Origin: Bdellovibrionales bacterium | GTDB taxonomy: Bacteria > Bdellovibrionota > Bdellovibrionia > Bdellovibrionales > UBA840 | Direction of reading: 5' to 3' | Length of the DNA: 35,429 nt | Assembly (NCBI GenBank): GCA_037969075.1 | Contig: JBBKWS010000155.1 | Coordinates: 1-35,429 of the forward strand | Shown: positions 27,113-35,429 of the stretch, piece by piece | Layout of the letters: the number at the start of each line of letters is the position of its first letter | Position numbering within the stretch: the stretch's first letter is position 1 | Program-made: the position numbers and the translations under genes | Notes under the pieces: generated by a model | The model's database searches: none | Told to the model about the DNA's origin: nothing | The model's input: only the letters and a program-made list of their open reading frames with translations

Positions 27113-28036
27113 TTATTGTGGAATTACAATTCCTGTACTTGCCCCACCGATATCACCCAATTCTTTGTAAAAATAAGGCACTTGTAGGTTTGAGTACGTT
27201 GCGTTGTATTTCACTTCATTACCATTCGGGTCAGTTGATAAAACTTCTAACATTCTGTCCCACTGTGTATCTGTTCCGTTTCTAACGAACTCTCTGCAAG
27301 AGTATGGGCCTTCAGTAATATTCCAACACTTGTATCTTGCATTACTAGATTGCGGCTTATCACCTGCGTAAGCTTCGTATCTAAAGTTTCTATAGTATAA
27401 TTTACCTGTCGAACCTGATTCAGACAGACCATCTAGTACAATCATGATCGAACCAAACGGCGGTGGATTAGTTGTGAAATTTCTAAAATCAGAGTATGTA
27501 TTTGAAGTCTGATTCCAGGCTTTTTCTTCATAAAATCCTACATAGTAAGCTTGACCGTTTTGTGTATAATAACGGTTAAACTTAATGTCAGTAGCTGTAG
27601 AACCAGATTCAAACTTTGGCGACTTATGATATGTCACAGATTGACCAGCGTTAGCACCCCAACCACCAGTAACTTGCGTGTAATTGTAATATACGCGCAT
27701 AGTGCCTTTATAATGAGGACGGCCATCAACCATCACTTTCTCTATATTATAGTAAAGTTTCGTGTTGCTGAAATTGATCGAATCACAACTTCTACCAGAG
27801 AACTCTTGAAAGTTTGTACAGTTCAAAGTGAGAGGTACTGCAAAGCCCCAGCCCGTAGTATCTGGCGCGTTAGCAGCTCCAGAACCAGTCCCTGTAGTTG
27901 TTTGCACAGCACCACCCTCATCTGTATTAGTTACAGCTGGAGTCGTCGGCTCTACGTCTTTCTTGTCTGCACAGCCTGCCAACGCAAGTACCGCTAGTAA
28001 AAGAAAGCTATATTGTTTTATTCTTATGTTTTTCAT
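27113..28036 (-). CDS. Uncharacterised lipoprotein
   Basis: Lipobox LAG-C, Thr/Gly linker, Tyr/Asn-rich domain with four further Cys; ATG 28036 after GAGGTG. Confidence 0.87.
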   Translation of the reverse strand: MKNIRIKQYSFLLLAVLALAGCADKKDVEPTTPAVTNTDEGGAVQTTTGTGSGAANAPDTTGWGFAVPLTLNCTNFQEFSGRSCDSINFSNTKLYYNIEKVMVDGRPHYKGTMRVYYNYTQVTGGWGANAGQSVTYHKSPKFESGSTATDIKFNRYYTQNGQAYYVGFYEEKAWNQTSNTYSDFRNFTTNPPPFGSIMIVLDGLSESGSTGKLYYRNFRYEAYAGDKPQSSNARYKCWNITEGPYSCREFVRNGTDTQWDRMLEVLSTDPNGNEVKYNATYSNLQVPYFYKELGDIGGASTGIVIPQ

Positions 28037-28057
28037 AAAACACCTCAATACTTAGTA

Positions 28058-28075
28058 TTGCACCAGGCGTGCCAA
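28058..28075 (-). promoter_or_regulatory. sigma54 -24/-12 promoter
   Basis: TTGGCACGCCTGGTGCAA, GG-N10-GC spacing, about 20 nt before the ATG. Confidence 0.8.
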
Positions 28076-28078
28076 CGC

Positions 28079-28091
28079 TAACCTATTGATA
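28079..28091 (-). promoter_or_regulatory. IHF site
   Basis: TATCAATAGGTTA matches WATCAA-N4-TTR exactly. Confidence 0.65.
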
Positions 28092-28268
28092 TCATAAAAA
28101 TAAATCTGACCTTGGACTCAAAACGAAACAATCTCAGCCGGCCAAACCTTGTGCAAAATCTAGTGTGTTTAAAATCCAAACACTTAAATTGAAATTTATT
28201 TAGTATTTTCAGGTACTTATGTGCGTATGATAGGCAACTAACAAGTGTCTAAATTCCTAACATGCATA

Positions 28269-28281
28269 CAAGCCATTGATA
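28269..28281 (-). promoter_or_regulatory. IHF site
   Basis: TATCAATGGCTTG matches WATCAA-N4-TTR exactly. Confidence 0.6.
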
Positions 28282-28406
28282 TTATTAGGTTTATTATAGG
28301 CAATCCTAAGACGAGACAAAAACTGTCAGTTTTTGAAGTTTTATAATCGTATTAGTTTGAGATCTTTCCCTACATATTAGCCCTAAGAGAGTTTATACCT
28401 TTTATT

Positions 28407-30464
28407 ATGGATAATTCATTTTTTAATCGCGATCTAAGTTGGCTAAAGTTCAATGAACGGGTTTTAAAACAGGCTTATGATGAATCTCTTCCTCTCCTAG
28501 AACGAGTTCGCTTCTTAGCTATATTTAACTCAAATCTAGACGAGTTTATTATGAAGCGCGTAGGCTACCTAAACAGGCTTATTGTTCGCGGTGTAAACCG
28601 CGTGGGTGACCAAGATATCACGCCCCACGCACTACTGACGGATATTCGAAACGAAGTCTTAAAGCTCTCAAAACTTAGAGATGACTATTTATACTCTGTT
28701 ATTTTGCCGCAATTAAAAGGCATTGGGGTACACCTATTAGATTGGAAGGACTTAAGTGATAAAGAAAAGAAGGACACCACCACGTATTTCGAAGAAAATG
28801 TTTTTCCGGTATTAACTCCACTTGCGATAGATCCAGCCCACCCATTTCCATTTTTATCAAACCTGTCTTTTTCTATTTCAGTAAAATTAAAAGATCCAAA
28901 TAAAAGCGATAGCCTATTTGCAAGAATTAAAATCCCTAATATTTTGCCGCAATGGTATCGCCTGCAGACGGATGACCCTAATATATTTCGTCTTGTAACT
29001 CTTCATCAAGTTATTCAGCATAATATCACAGAACTCTTTCCAAATATGGAAGTGGAATCTGTGATGTCTTTTCGCGTGGCAAGAAACGCCGACATCAAAC
29101 AAGTAAGTGACGATGTTGAGGATTTATTAGATGTTGTCGAAGAAGAATTAAGACAAAGGCGATTAGCCGAAATTGTACGACTTGAATACTCTAACCCGCC
29201 TATGAAATCCATGTTATCTCTTTTAAAGCGAGAGCTCGAACTAGAGGAAGGCGATCTCTACGCAGTAGACGGTCCTTTTATCCACCATATCCTAAGTGAA
29301 ATTGCAAATTTACCCGTTAGTGGAAATCATCATTTTAAAACCTGGGTACCAACCATTCCTGCCGTTCTTAAGGATGAGTCTTCTAATATGCTAGACACTA
29401 TTAAGCATAAAGACATTTTAGTACATCACCCCTATGAAAGCTTCTCTGCTAGTGTAGAGCGGTTTTTAAACGATGCGGTACATGACCCACTGGTTTTTGG
29501 AATTAAGATTACACTTTATAGATCGGGCGATAACTCTCCCCTTATCCCGCTACTTATTCAAGCGGCAGAAAGCGGCAAGCAAGTGGTTTGTGTTGTAGAA
29601 CTGAAGGCCCGATTTGATGAAGCAAGAAACATCTATTGGGGTGAAATGCTAGAGAGCGCTGGTGTGCATGTCGTCTACGGGATCGTTGGCTTAAAGACCC
29701 ACGCCAAATCAACATTGGTTATCAGGCGTGATAAAGAAAAATTTAGACTCTATGCCCACATAGGGACCGGCAACTACAATGCAGCAACCGCAAAGATCTA
29801 CACTGACTTTAGTTATTTTACTGCGGACAAAAAAATCACATCTGAGCTTTTACAAGTTTTTAACTATTTAACTGGGCTATCACTAAAAAGAGACTATAAG
29901 AAATTTTTGGTCTCCCCTGTTAACATGAAAGAACAGTTTTTGAAGTTAATTAGGAATGAAGCAAAAAATGCTAAAGACAAAAAGCACGCTCATATAGTCG
30001 CAAAAATGAATAGCTTGCAAGATCCAGAAATAATGGACGAACTATATAAAGCCTCACAAGCTGGAGTAAAAATTGATTTAATGGTCAGAGGCTTTTGCTG
30101 CATAAAACCTAAAATTAAGGGCATATCTGACAATATTAGAATTAGTTCTACTGTTGGACGCTTTTTAGAGCATTCTAGAGTTTTTTATTTTGCCAACGGA
30201 AATGAAATCCCACATGAGGGTGAATTTTACATAGGATCCGCCGATTGGATGTATAGAAACCTCAATAAGCGCGTAGAAATTTGTGTGCCTGTAAAAGATG
30301 AAGAGCACAAAAAGCACTTGTGGTATGTTTTATCCTCTAACTTAAAAGATAAAGTGCTCACCTGGGATCTAGATACTAGTGGCGAGTACAAAAAGCGAGC
30401 GTACAAGTCTGCAGACTTGGGATTACATGAAGTTTTCATGCAACACTATAAAAATAAAAATTAA
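28407..30464 (+). CDS. ppk1: Polyphosphate kinase 1
   Basis: FNRDLSWLKFNERVL, SNLDEF, HHPYESF, ELKARFDE, GLKTHAK, GTGNYN, GRFLEHSR, GSADWMYRNL. Confidence 0.97.
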   Translation: MDNSFFNRDLSWLKFNERVLKQAYDESLPLLERVRFLAIFNSNLDEFIMKRVGYLNRLIVRGVNRVGDQDITPHALLTDIRNEVLKLSKLRDDYLYSVILPQLKGIGVHLLDWKDLSDKEKKDTTTYFEENVFPVLTPLAIDPAHPFPFLSNLSFSISVKLKDPNKSDSLFARIKIPNILPQWYRLQTDDPNIFRLVTLHQVIQHNITELFPNMEVESVMSFRVARNADIKQVSDDVEDLLDVVEEELRQRRLAEIVRLEYSNPPMKSMLSLLKRELELEEGDLYAVDGPFIHHILSEIANLPVSGNHHFKTWVPTIPAVLKDESSNMLDTIKHKDILVHHPYESFSASVERFLNDAVHDPLVFGIKITLYRSGDNSPLIPLLIQAAESGKQVVCVVELKARFDEARNIYWGEMLESAGVHVVYGIVGLKTHAKSTLVIRRDKEKFRLYAHIGTGNYNAATAKIYTDFSYFTADKKITSELLQVFNYLTGLSLKRDYKKFLVSPVNMKEQFLKLIRNEAKNAKDKKHAHIVAKMNSLQDPEIMDELYKASQAGVKIDLMVRGFCCIKPKIKGISDNIRISSTVGRFLEHSRVFYFANGNEIPHEGEFYIGSADWMYRNLNKRVEICVPVKDEEHKKHLWYVLSSNLKDKVLTWDLDTSGEYKKRAYKSADLGLHEVFMQHYKNKN

Positions 30465-30503
30465 TCCTTGCTAAAGCTCTGCTTTCTTTTTTAAATAGCT
30501 TTA

Positions 30504-31442
30504 ATGACAGAAAATATCGGCATTATCGACCTCGGGACAAATTCAATACGATTTGATATCTACACACTAGAGCATGCCACAATAACAGGTCGACTATACA
30601 GAATGAAAGAAATGGTCCGACTGGGTGAAGGTGTGTTTCAAACACAAAAGCTGCACCCCAAAGCCATTGAACGCTGCATGCAAGCTTTTGAGATTATTGC
30701 TGAAAAAACAAAAGAATATAATGTTACCCACAACATCGCCTTTGCTACGAGTGCCCTACGTTCTGCAAATGATGCCCAGGACTTTGTCGCCAAAGTAGAG
30801 AGAAAATACAAAATTAAGATTCAAATCATCTCTGGCGAAAGAGAAGCCAAATTAATTGCCAAAGGAATCACTAATAATGAAATTTTACCCAATGATATTA
30901 CCGCTCTTATAGATATTGGTGGTGGCAGCACAGAACTAAACATAACTTACAAACATCAATTGATCGATTCAATCAGTTTTGATTTGGGAGCTGCTAGATT
31001 GCAACAACTGTTCTTAGATGGAAACGAGACTCTTAATAAAAAACTACCTGCCGTAAACGAACTTCGGTTTTTTGCCAGAGAAAAAATCAGAGCTTTCGCG
31101 CAAGGAAAACATTGGCTCCCACTATATGCTTCCGTTGGTTCTTCAGGCACAGTGCGCGCTATTGCTAAGATGATCAAAAAACAAGGTGGCACTACAGAAC
31201 CATTTTCTAGAAGAGACTTAAAATCCCTTGCAGAAAAACTAATCCCCTTAAGCCGAGATGAACTCTTAAAAGTACCCGGGATGGAAGAAAAACGAGTAGA
31301 CCTTATTCTGTCGGGCATACTACTTTTTGAGCAGATGATTGAAGAACTTCATATCGAAGAGATTTATACCTCTGAAATTAGTTTAAGAGATGGTATTTTA
31401 GATGAAGAAATCGAAAACTACCTGCGTCCTAACAACCTGTAA
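30504..31442 (+). CDS. ppx: Ppx/GppA family exopolyphosphatase, short form without C-terminal HD domain
   Basis: IDLGTNSIR, ATSALR, ISGEREA, DIGGGSTE, LRDG. Confidence 0.92.
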   Translation: MTENIGIIDLGTNSIRFDIYTLEHATITGRLYRMKEMVRLGEGVFQTQKLHPKAIERCMQAFEIIAEKTKEYNVTHNIAFATSALRSANDAQDFVAKVERKYKIKIQIISGEREAKLIAKGITNNEILPNDITALIDIGGGSTELNITYKHQLIDSISFDLGAARLQQLFLDGNETLNKKLPAVNELRFFAREKIRAFAQGKHWLPLYASVGSSGTVRAIAKMIKKQGGTTEPFSRRDLKSLAEKLIPLSRDELLKVPGMEEKRVDLILSGILLFEQMIEELHIEEIYTSEISLRDGILDEEIENYLRPNNL

Positions 31443-31484
31443 GCTTGCCCTTTAAAAACAAAATAGCTATACATATAAGCCGTT

Positions 31485-31567
31485 GCTCGGGTGGTGGAAT
31501 TGGTAGACACACTACCTTGAGGTGGTAGCGCGCAAGCATGCTGGTTCAAGTCCAGTCCCGAGCACCA
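31485..31567 (+). tRNA. tRNA-Leu (anticodon GAG)
   Basis: Acceptor stem GCTCGGG/CCCGAGC, D-loop TGGTAG, anticodon arm CTACC-TTGAGGT-GGTAG, long variable arm, GGTTCAAGTCC, encoded CCA. Confidence 0.96.
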
Positions 31568-31591
31568 AATACAAATAACAAAAGAGGAAGC

Positions 31592-31801
31592 ATGGGTTCA
31601 TTAAGTATTACTCATATTTTATTGGTAGCAGTGATTGTTTTAATCGTATTCGGTCCCAAGCGCTTGCCTGATCTTGGCAAAGCTTTAGGTGAAGGAATTC
31701 GCGATTTTAAAAAGGGCTTGGCAGAGCCTGCTGATTATAAAGATGTAAACCAAAAGCAGGCTCAAATAAAACCAGAGTCTAAAACAGACAACCAAATCTA
31801 A
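31592..31801 (+). CDS. tatA: Twin-arginine translocase subunit TatA/E
   Basis: TM helix, FGPKRLPDLGKALGEGIRDFKKG; ATG 31592 after AGAGG (ORF-track start lies inside the tRNA). Confidence 0.93.
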   Translation: MGSLSITHILLVAVIVLIVFGPKRLPDLGKALGEGIRDFKKGLAEPADYKDVNQKQAQIKPESKTDNQI

Positions 31802-31903
31802 TAAACACCTGCAACTGGCATCTAAAACTTCGTCATTGTTTGTAATTACTTCAAGTAGATAGAAAAATCTGTCTGGTTAAATTTGTTGGGGTATAATTCA
31901 CTT

Positions 31904-32383
31904 ATGAATAAAGCCCTTATACTACTATCATTTTTTTTAGCGCCCTCTTACTTATCCGCAAACACAATTAACCCTCTTAGGGTTGATTATGAGGCCTTTG
32001 ATCAACTTAGGTATAATACTGATCACGGCCTAGACTCTTACGCTAAGCATGGCTTTAAAATTGGTATGATTGATGACGTCTTCTACAACCCTGTCTTTGT
32101 ATGCACACTGACTGAAATTGACTCTGGCGCTAGCCATAAGATTGCTGTTACAAATGCTAATGATGTCATAAAATTCTATGAATACATAGATATCAACTCT
32201 GAGGGTTATTACAAACTTCTATCTTATGGAGTTTTAAACTTAACAACCACTGATTCTGAAAAAGCTATATACACCGATGAATTAGGCGGCCAAATAAAAT
32301 TTAATTTAGGTCGAAAAGTAACAGCTCAAGTAGACTTAAAAGAACCTGCATTGTCGGTTAATAAAAAAAATCCTTGTTACTAA
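31904..32383 (+). CDS. Secreted hypothetical protein
   Basis: MNKALILLSFFLAPSYLSA signal peptide; TATAAT at 31892-31897, 6 nt before the ATG. Confidence 0.75.
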   Translation: MNKALILLSFFLAPSYLSANTINPLRVDYEAFDQLRYNTDHGLDSYAKHGFKIGMIDDVFYNPVFVCTLTEIDSGASHKIAVTNANDVIKFYEYIDINSEGYYKLLSYGVLNLTTTDSEKAIYTDELGGQIKFNLGRKVTAQVDLKEPALSVNKKNPCY

Positions 32384-32409
32384 CCTTAGAAAAAATTGAA
32401 ACAAGCAAT

Positions 32410-32440
32410 AAAAAACCCAAGCTTTTAACTTGGGTTTTTT
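32410..32440. terminator. Bidirectional rho-independent terminator
   Basis: AAAAAACCCAAG-CTTTTAA-CTTGGGTTTTTT between convergent genes. Confidence 0.9.
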
Positions 32441-32462
32441 TGTGTTTTATATTTAAGGACCT

Positions 32463-34526
32463 TTAGATAAGCGCAATCAACGGAGCAATCAATAAAGCTA
32501 CAACGCTCATCACTTTAATCAAGATTGAAACACCTGGGCCCGAAGTATCTTTGAATGGGTCACCCACTGTGTCCCCTACTACGGCTGCCTTATGGGCCTC
32601 AGAACCTTTTTTGTGACCCGGTAAATTTCCTTTTTCAATAAACTTCTTAGCATTATCCCAAGCTCCACCAGCGTTCGCCATAAATAGTGACATGGTCGCG
32701 CCCACTGCAAGTGAGCCGGCAAGAAGACCTGCAAGCGCCTGTGGCCCCATGATAAAGCCAACAGCAACCGGAGCAACGATTGCAATCATTCCCGGAAGAA
32801 TCATTTCAAAAAGAGCTGCTTTTGTTGCAATGTCCACAATCTTTGCTGATTCAGGATCGGCTTTGCCTTCTAGTAATCCTGGAATTTCTTTAAATTGACG
32901 AGCAATTTCTAAAACGATTTTTTGAGCGGCCTTTCCAACTGCTGTCATTGTAGTTGAACCTACTAAAAACGGTAAGATTGCGCCCAGTAAAATTCCAATT
33001 AAAACTCTGCTAGAAGCAAGGTCTAATGACATCTTCTCTAAAGAGTTCAATTCACGCACGTGATTTACTTCCATATTAAAAGCACCAAACAGTGCTACCA
33101 CTGTTAAGATCGCTGAACCAATAGCAAAACCTTTTCCAATAGCTGCTGTCGTATTACCAACCGCATCCAATTCGTCAGTAATATCTCTAACAGCACTTCC
33201 TAATCCCGCCATCTCTGAAATTCCACCAGCATTATCTGCAATCGGTCCGTAAGCATCAACAGTCATTACTACCGCAGTCCCTGCAAGCATTCCAACCGCA
33301 GCAAGAGCTATTCCGTAAATCCCTAAAACCTGATCCGCAAAAAAAGCAGCAAGCACAACTACTAACATAGGAATAGCAACAGACTCCATTCCTATTGCAA
33401 GTCCTCTGATTACATTTGTCCCCGCACCTGTTAATGATGCTTCAGCCACTAATCTGATAGGGCGAGCTGCTGTGTAATATTCAGTGATTAAACCAATTAG
33501 TGCGCCACCAAATGCCCCCGCCGCTAGTGCTACAGTTACGTTTTGGCTAACACCAAACATTGGCATTAGGATAAAACTTGCAAGAGTAAGAATAATAGGT
33601 GGAACCATTAAAGCGCCACGAAGAACTCCCGCTGGGCTCTTACCACTAAATACTCTAGCTCCAAAAATCACAATGATAGAAATTATTAGTCCAAGAGTTG
33701 ATAATAACAATGGCAATACAACTGCTGCAGTCCTTACATCACTAACCGCAGAACCTTCCGCTAGTAAATTAGAAATACTTTCTACAGGAATTGTAAATGC
33801 AATGGCCATAGCAGAAACAATAGCTGCAACCATGGATTCATAAATATCAGCGCCCATTCCAGCTACGTCGCCAACGTTATCTCCAACGTTATCAGCTACA
33901 ACGCCAGGATTTCTTGGGTCGTCTTCTGGAATTCCTTGCACAACTTTACCAGCAATGTCTGCTCCCACATCGGCAGCTTTTGTATAAATACCACCACCGA
34001 TACGTGCAAATAGCGCGATAGAAGAGGCTCCTACTGCAAACGAGTGAAGAACAGTTCCAACAACTTCTGTATCTTTAAAATATAAGTAAAGTCCGCCCAA
34101 ACCAATTAGGCCAAGCCCTGCAACAGACAGCCCCATTACTGCTCCACCATCAAGAGCTACTAATAATGCCTTTGATTTTGAGCCAGTAGCAGCCGCTTGT
34201 GTAGTTCGAACGTTTGCGTAAGTTGCGGCTTTCATTCCAAAAAAGCCAGCTAGTAAGGATAAGAAAGCGCCACAAATAAAGCTAAGTGCAGCTACTCCGC
34301 CCAAGGCAAAGTAAAGTGCAATACTGACAACGATCGCATAGACAAACAATACTTTATACTCACGAACTAAAAACGCCATGGCGCCTTCGCGAATGTACCC
34401 CGCAATTTTGTTCATCATTTCATTGCCAGTCGGTTGCGATTTTACACGAAAGTAAAATGCGATGGCAATTAGAAGACCAAAGGCCCCAGCTATTATAGGA
34501 GAAATAAGTAATGATTGGTTAAACAC
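32463..34526 (-). CDS. hppA: Membrane-integral pyrophosphatase, K+-dependent type (probably Na+-translocating)
   Basis: [45 protein letters not shown] (Ala = K+-dependent), [13 protein letters not shown] start. Confidence 0.95.
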   Translation of the reverse strand: MFNQSLLISPIIAGAFGLLIAIAFYFRVKSQPTGNEMMNKIAGYIREGAMAFLVREYKVLFVYAIVVSIALYFALGGVAALSFICGAFLSLLAGFFGMKAATYANVRTTQAAATGSKSKALLVALDGGAVMGLSVAGLGLIGLGGLYLYFKDTEVVGTVLHSFAVGASSIALFARIGGGIYTKAADVGADIAGKVVQGIPEDDPRNPGVVADNVGDNVGDVAGMGADIYESMVAAIVSAMAIAFTIPVESISNLLAEGSAVSDVRTAAVVLPLLLSTLGLIISIIVIFGARVFSGKSPAGVLRGALMVPPIILTLASFILMPMFGVSQNVTVALAAGAFGGALIGLITEYYTAARPIRLVAEASLTGAGTNVIRGLAIGMESVAIPMLVVVLAAFFADQVLGIYGIALAAVGMLAGTAVVMTVDAYGPIADNAGGISEMAGLGSAVRDITDELDAVGNTTAAIGKGFAIGSAILTVVALFGAFNMEVNHVRELNSLEKMSLDLASSRVLIGILLGAILPFLVGSTTMTAVGKAAQKIVLEIARQFKEIPGLLEGKADPESAKIVDIATKAALFEMILPGMIAIVAPVAVGFIMGPQALAGLLAGSLAVGATMSLFMANAGGAWDNAKKFIEKGNLPGHKKGSEAHKAAVVGDTVGDPFKDTSGPGVSILIKVMSVVALLIAPLIALI

Positions 34527-34640
34527 TTCGTACCTCGTTATTTTTAATTTTCTTTATAGTTTTAGAAGACTTAGAGGTACTAATGAGTCATACGCAAGTC
34601 AAAGAAAAGGCATTTGGTGCCAAAAAAGTGGTCAGTTGAT

Positions 34641-35429
34641 TTACTGACCCACCTGATGAACCGCAAAAATAGTAGTTAATTGCTTTAATAGAACTTCCAT
34701 ATGTTTAAGGTCTAAAGAAGTCTGAGCATCGCAAAGTGCTTTATCAGGGTTGGGGTGAACTTCCATAAATAGACCATCCACCCCAGCTGCCATGGCAGCT
34801 CTTGCCATTACTGGAATCATCTCTCTTTTTCCGCTACTAGATCCGCCAGTAGCACCAGGCTGTTGCAGTGAGTGAGAGCAATCCATGATGACTGGGTAAC
34901 CAAGGGATCTCATCTCGGCTAAACCTGGCATGTCAGTTACTAATCGGTTGTAACCAAATGTTGTTCCACGTTCACAAAGAAGAAGTTTTTTATTTCCGGC
35001 CTTTTCGGCTTTGGCGCAAATCGCTTTCATGTCCCAAGGAGCCATAAACTGGCCTTTTTTAATATGTAGAACCTTATTTTTTTCAGCAGCAGCTATTAGC
35101 AGGTCAGTTTGTCTACATAAAAAGGCTGGAATTTGAATCACGTCTGCAACCTCTGCCACCGCATCCACTTGGTTGGTTTCATGTACATCCGTTAAAAGTA
35201 GACAGTCTAATTTTGATTTAATTCTACCTAATTGATTTAGACCTTCTTTCCAGCCAGGCCCTCTAAAACTCCCTACTGACTGACGATTAGCTTTGTCAAA
35301 GGAACACTTTAAGATCCATTTGATCCCGTATTTTTCAGTTAGGCGCTTCATTTCATGCCCTACTTCTAAAACCATTCCTTCATCTTCAATGATGTCTGGC
35401 CCTGCAAACAGAGCCCATGTCTTAGCACT
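34641..35429 (-). CDS. kdsA: KDO 8-phosphate synthase, 5' end outside the window
   Basis: Frame open to window edge; SFDKANR, QIPAFLCRQTDLL, KKGQF, ERG..FGY, HSLQQPG, FMEVHP. Confidence 0.95.
   Translation of the reverse strand, partial: SAKTWALFAGPDIIEDEGMVLEVGHEMKRLTEKYGIKWILKCSFDKANRQSVGSFRGPGWKEGLNQLGRIKSKLDCLLLTDVHETNQVDAVAEVADVIQIPAFLCRQTDLLIAAAEKNKVLHIKKGQFMAPWDMKAICAKAEKAGNKKLLLCERGTTFGYNRLVTDMPGLAEMRSLGYPVIMDCSHSLQQPGATGGSSSGKREMIPVMARAAMAAGVDGLFMEVHPNPDKALCDAQTSLDLKHMEVLLKQLTTIFAVHQVGQ

Noticed and set aside
31485..32383. Genomic island integrated at tRNA-Leu
   Set aside because: No integrase and no duplicated tRNA 3' end seen; tatA follows directly
34608..34623. sigma54 promoter before hppA (TGGCAC on minus strand)
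   Set aside because: No GC at the required GG-N10 spacing
70..34647. Short ORF-track entries nested in or antisense to long genes (e.g. 388-681, 5731-6075, 15149-15523, 27551-27997, 30956-31318, 33484-33843)
   Set aside because: Shadow frames of well-supported genes, with no motifs or RBS
1..35429. CRISPR array, rRNA, IS transposase, known defence systems
   Set aside because: No spaced repeats, rRNA signatures, transposase motifs or recognisable defence genes found by eye

Overview
AT-rich (roughly 35-40% GC by eye) bacterial chromosomal segment, mostly core genes. Gene content and style (cNMP-EAL phosphodiesterase, REC-J-TPR fusion, single-Cys DksA, subtilases, sigma54-driven orphan lipoproteins) point to a Bdellovibrionota-like predator; this is inference. 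Order: PAS histidine kinase, yraN-rnhB-kynA-dksA (minus), two subtilases flanking a cNMP-EAL gene, CPA2 antiporter, RND+TolC, trxA, two receiver-domain proteins, lptF, dprA-LysM(TsaP-like)-CpoB-like, lexA, degenerate comM, xerD, a cryptic HNH gene split at a 15-bp inverted repeat, two lipoproteins, ppk1-ppx, tRNA-Leu(GAG), tatA, a hypothetical gene, hppA and a partial kdsA. No CRISPR, prophage or intact IS was seen. The best unexplained signals lie at 22.7-28.4 kb: a promoter-carrying 174-bp segment bounded by perfect inverted repeats inside an HNH gene next to xerD, a C/G-loop two-hairpin sRNA candidate after lexA, non-origin DnaA boxes, an ATPase-dead ComM, and a sigma54/IHF/enhancer promoter. 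Leaderless-type promoter geometry recurs across the window.
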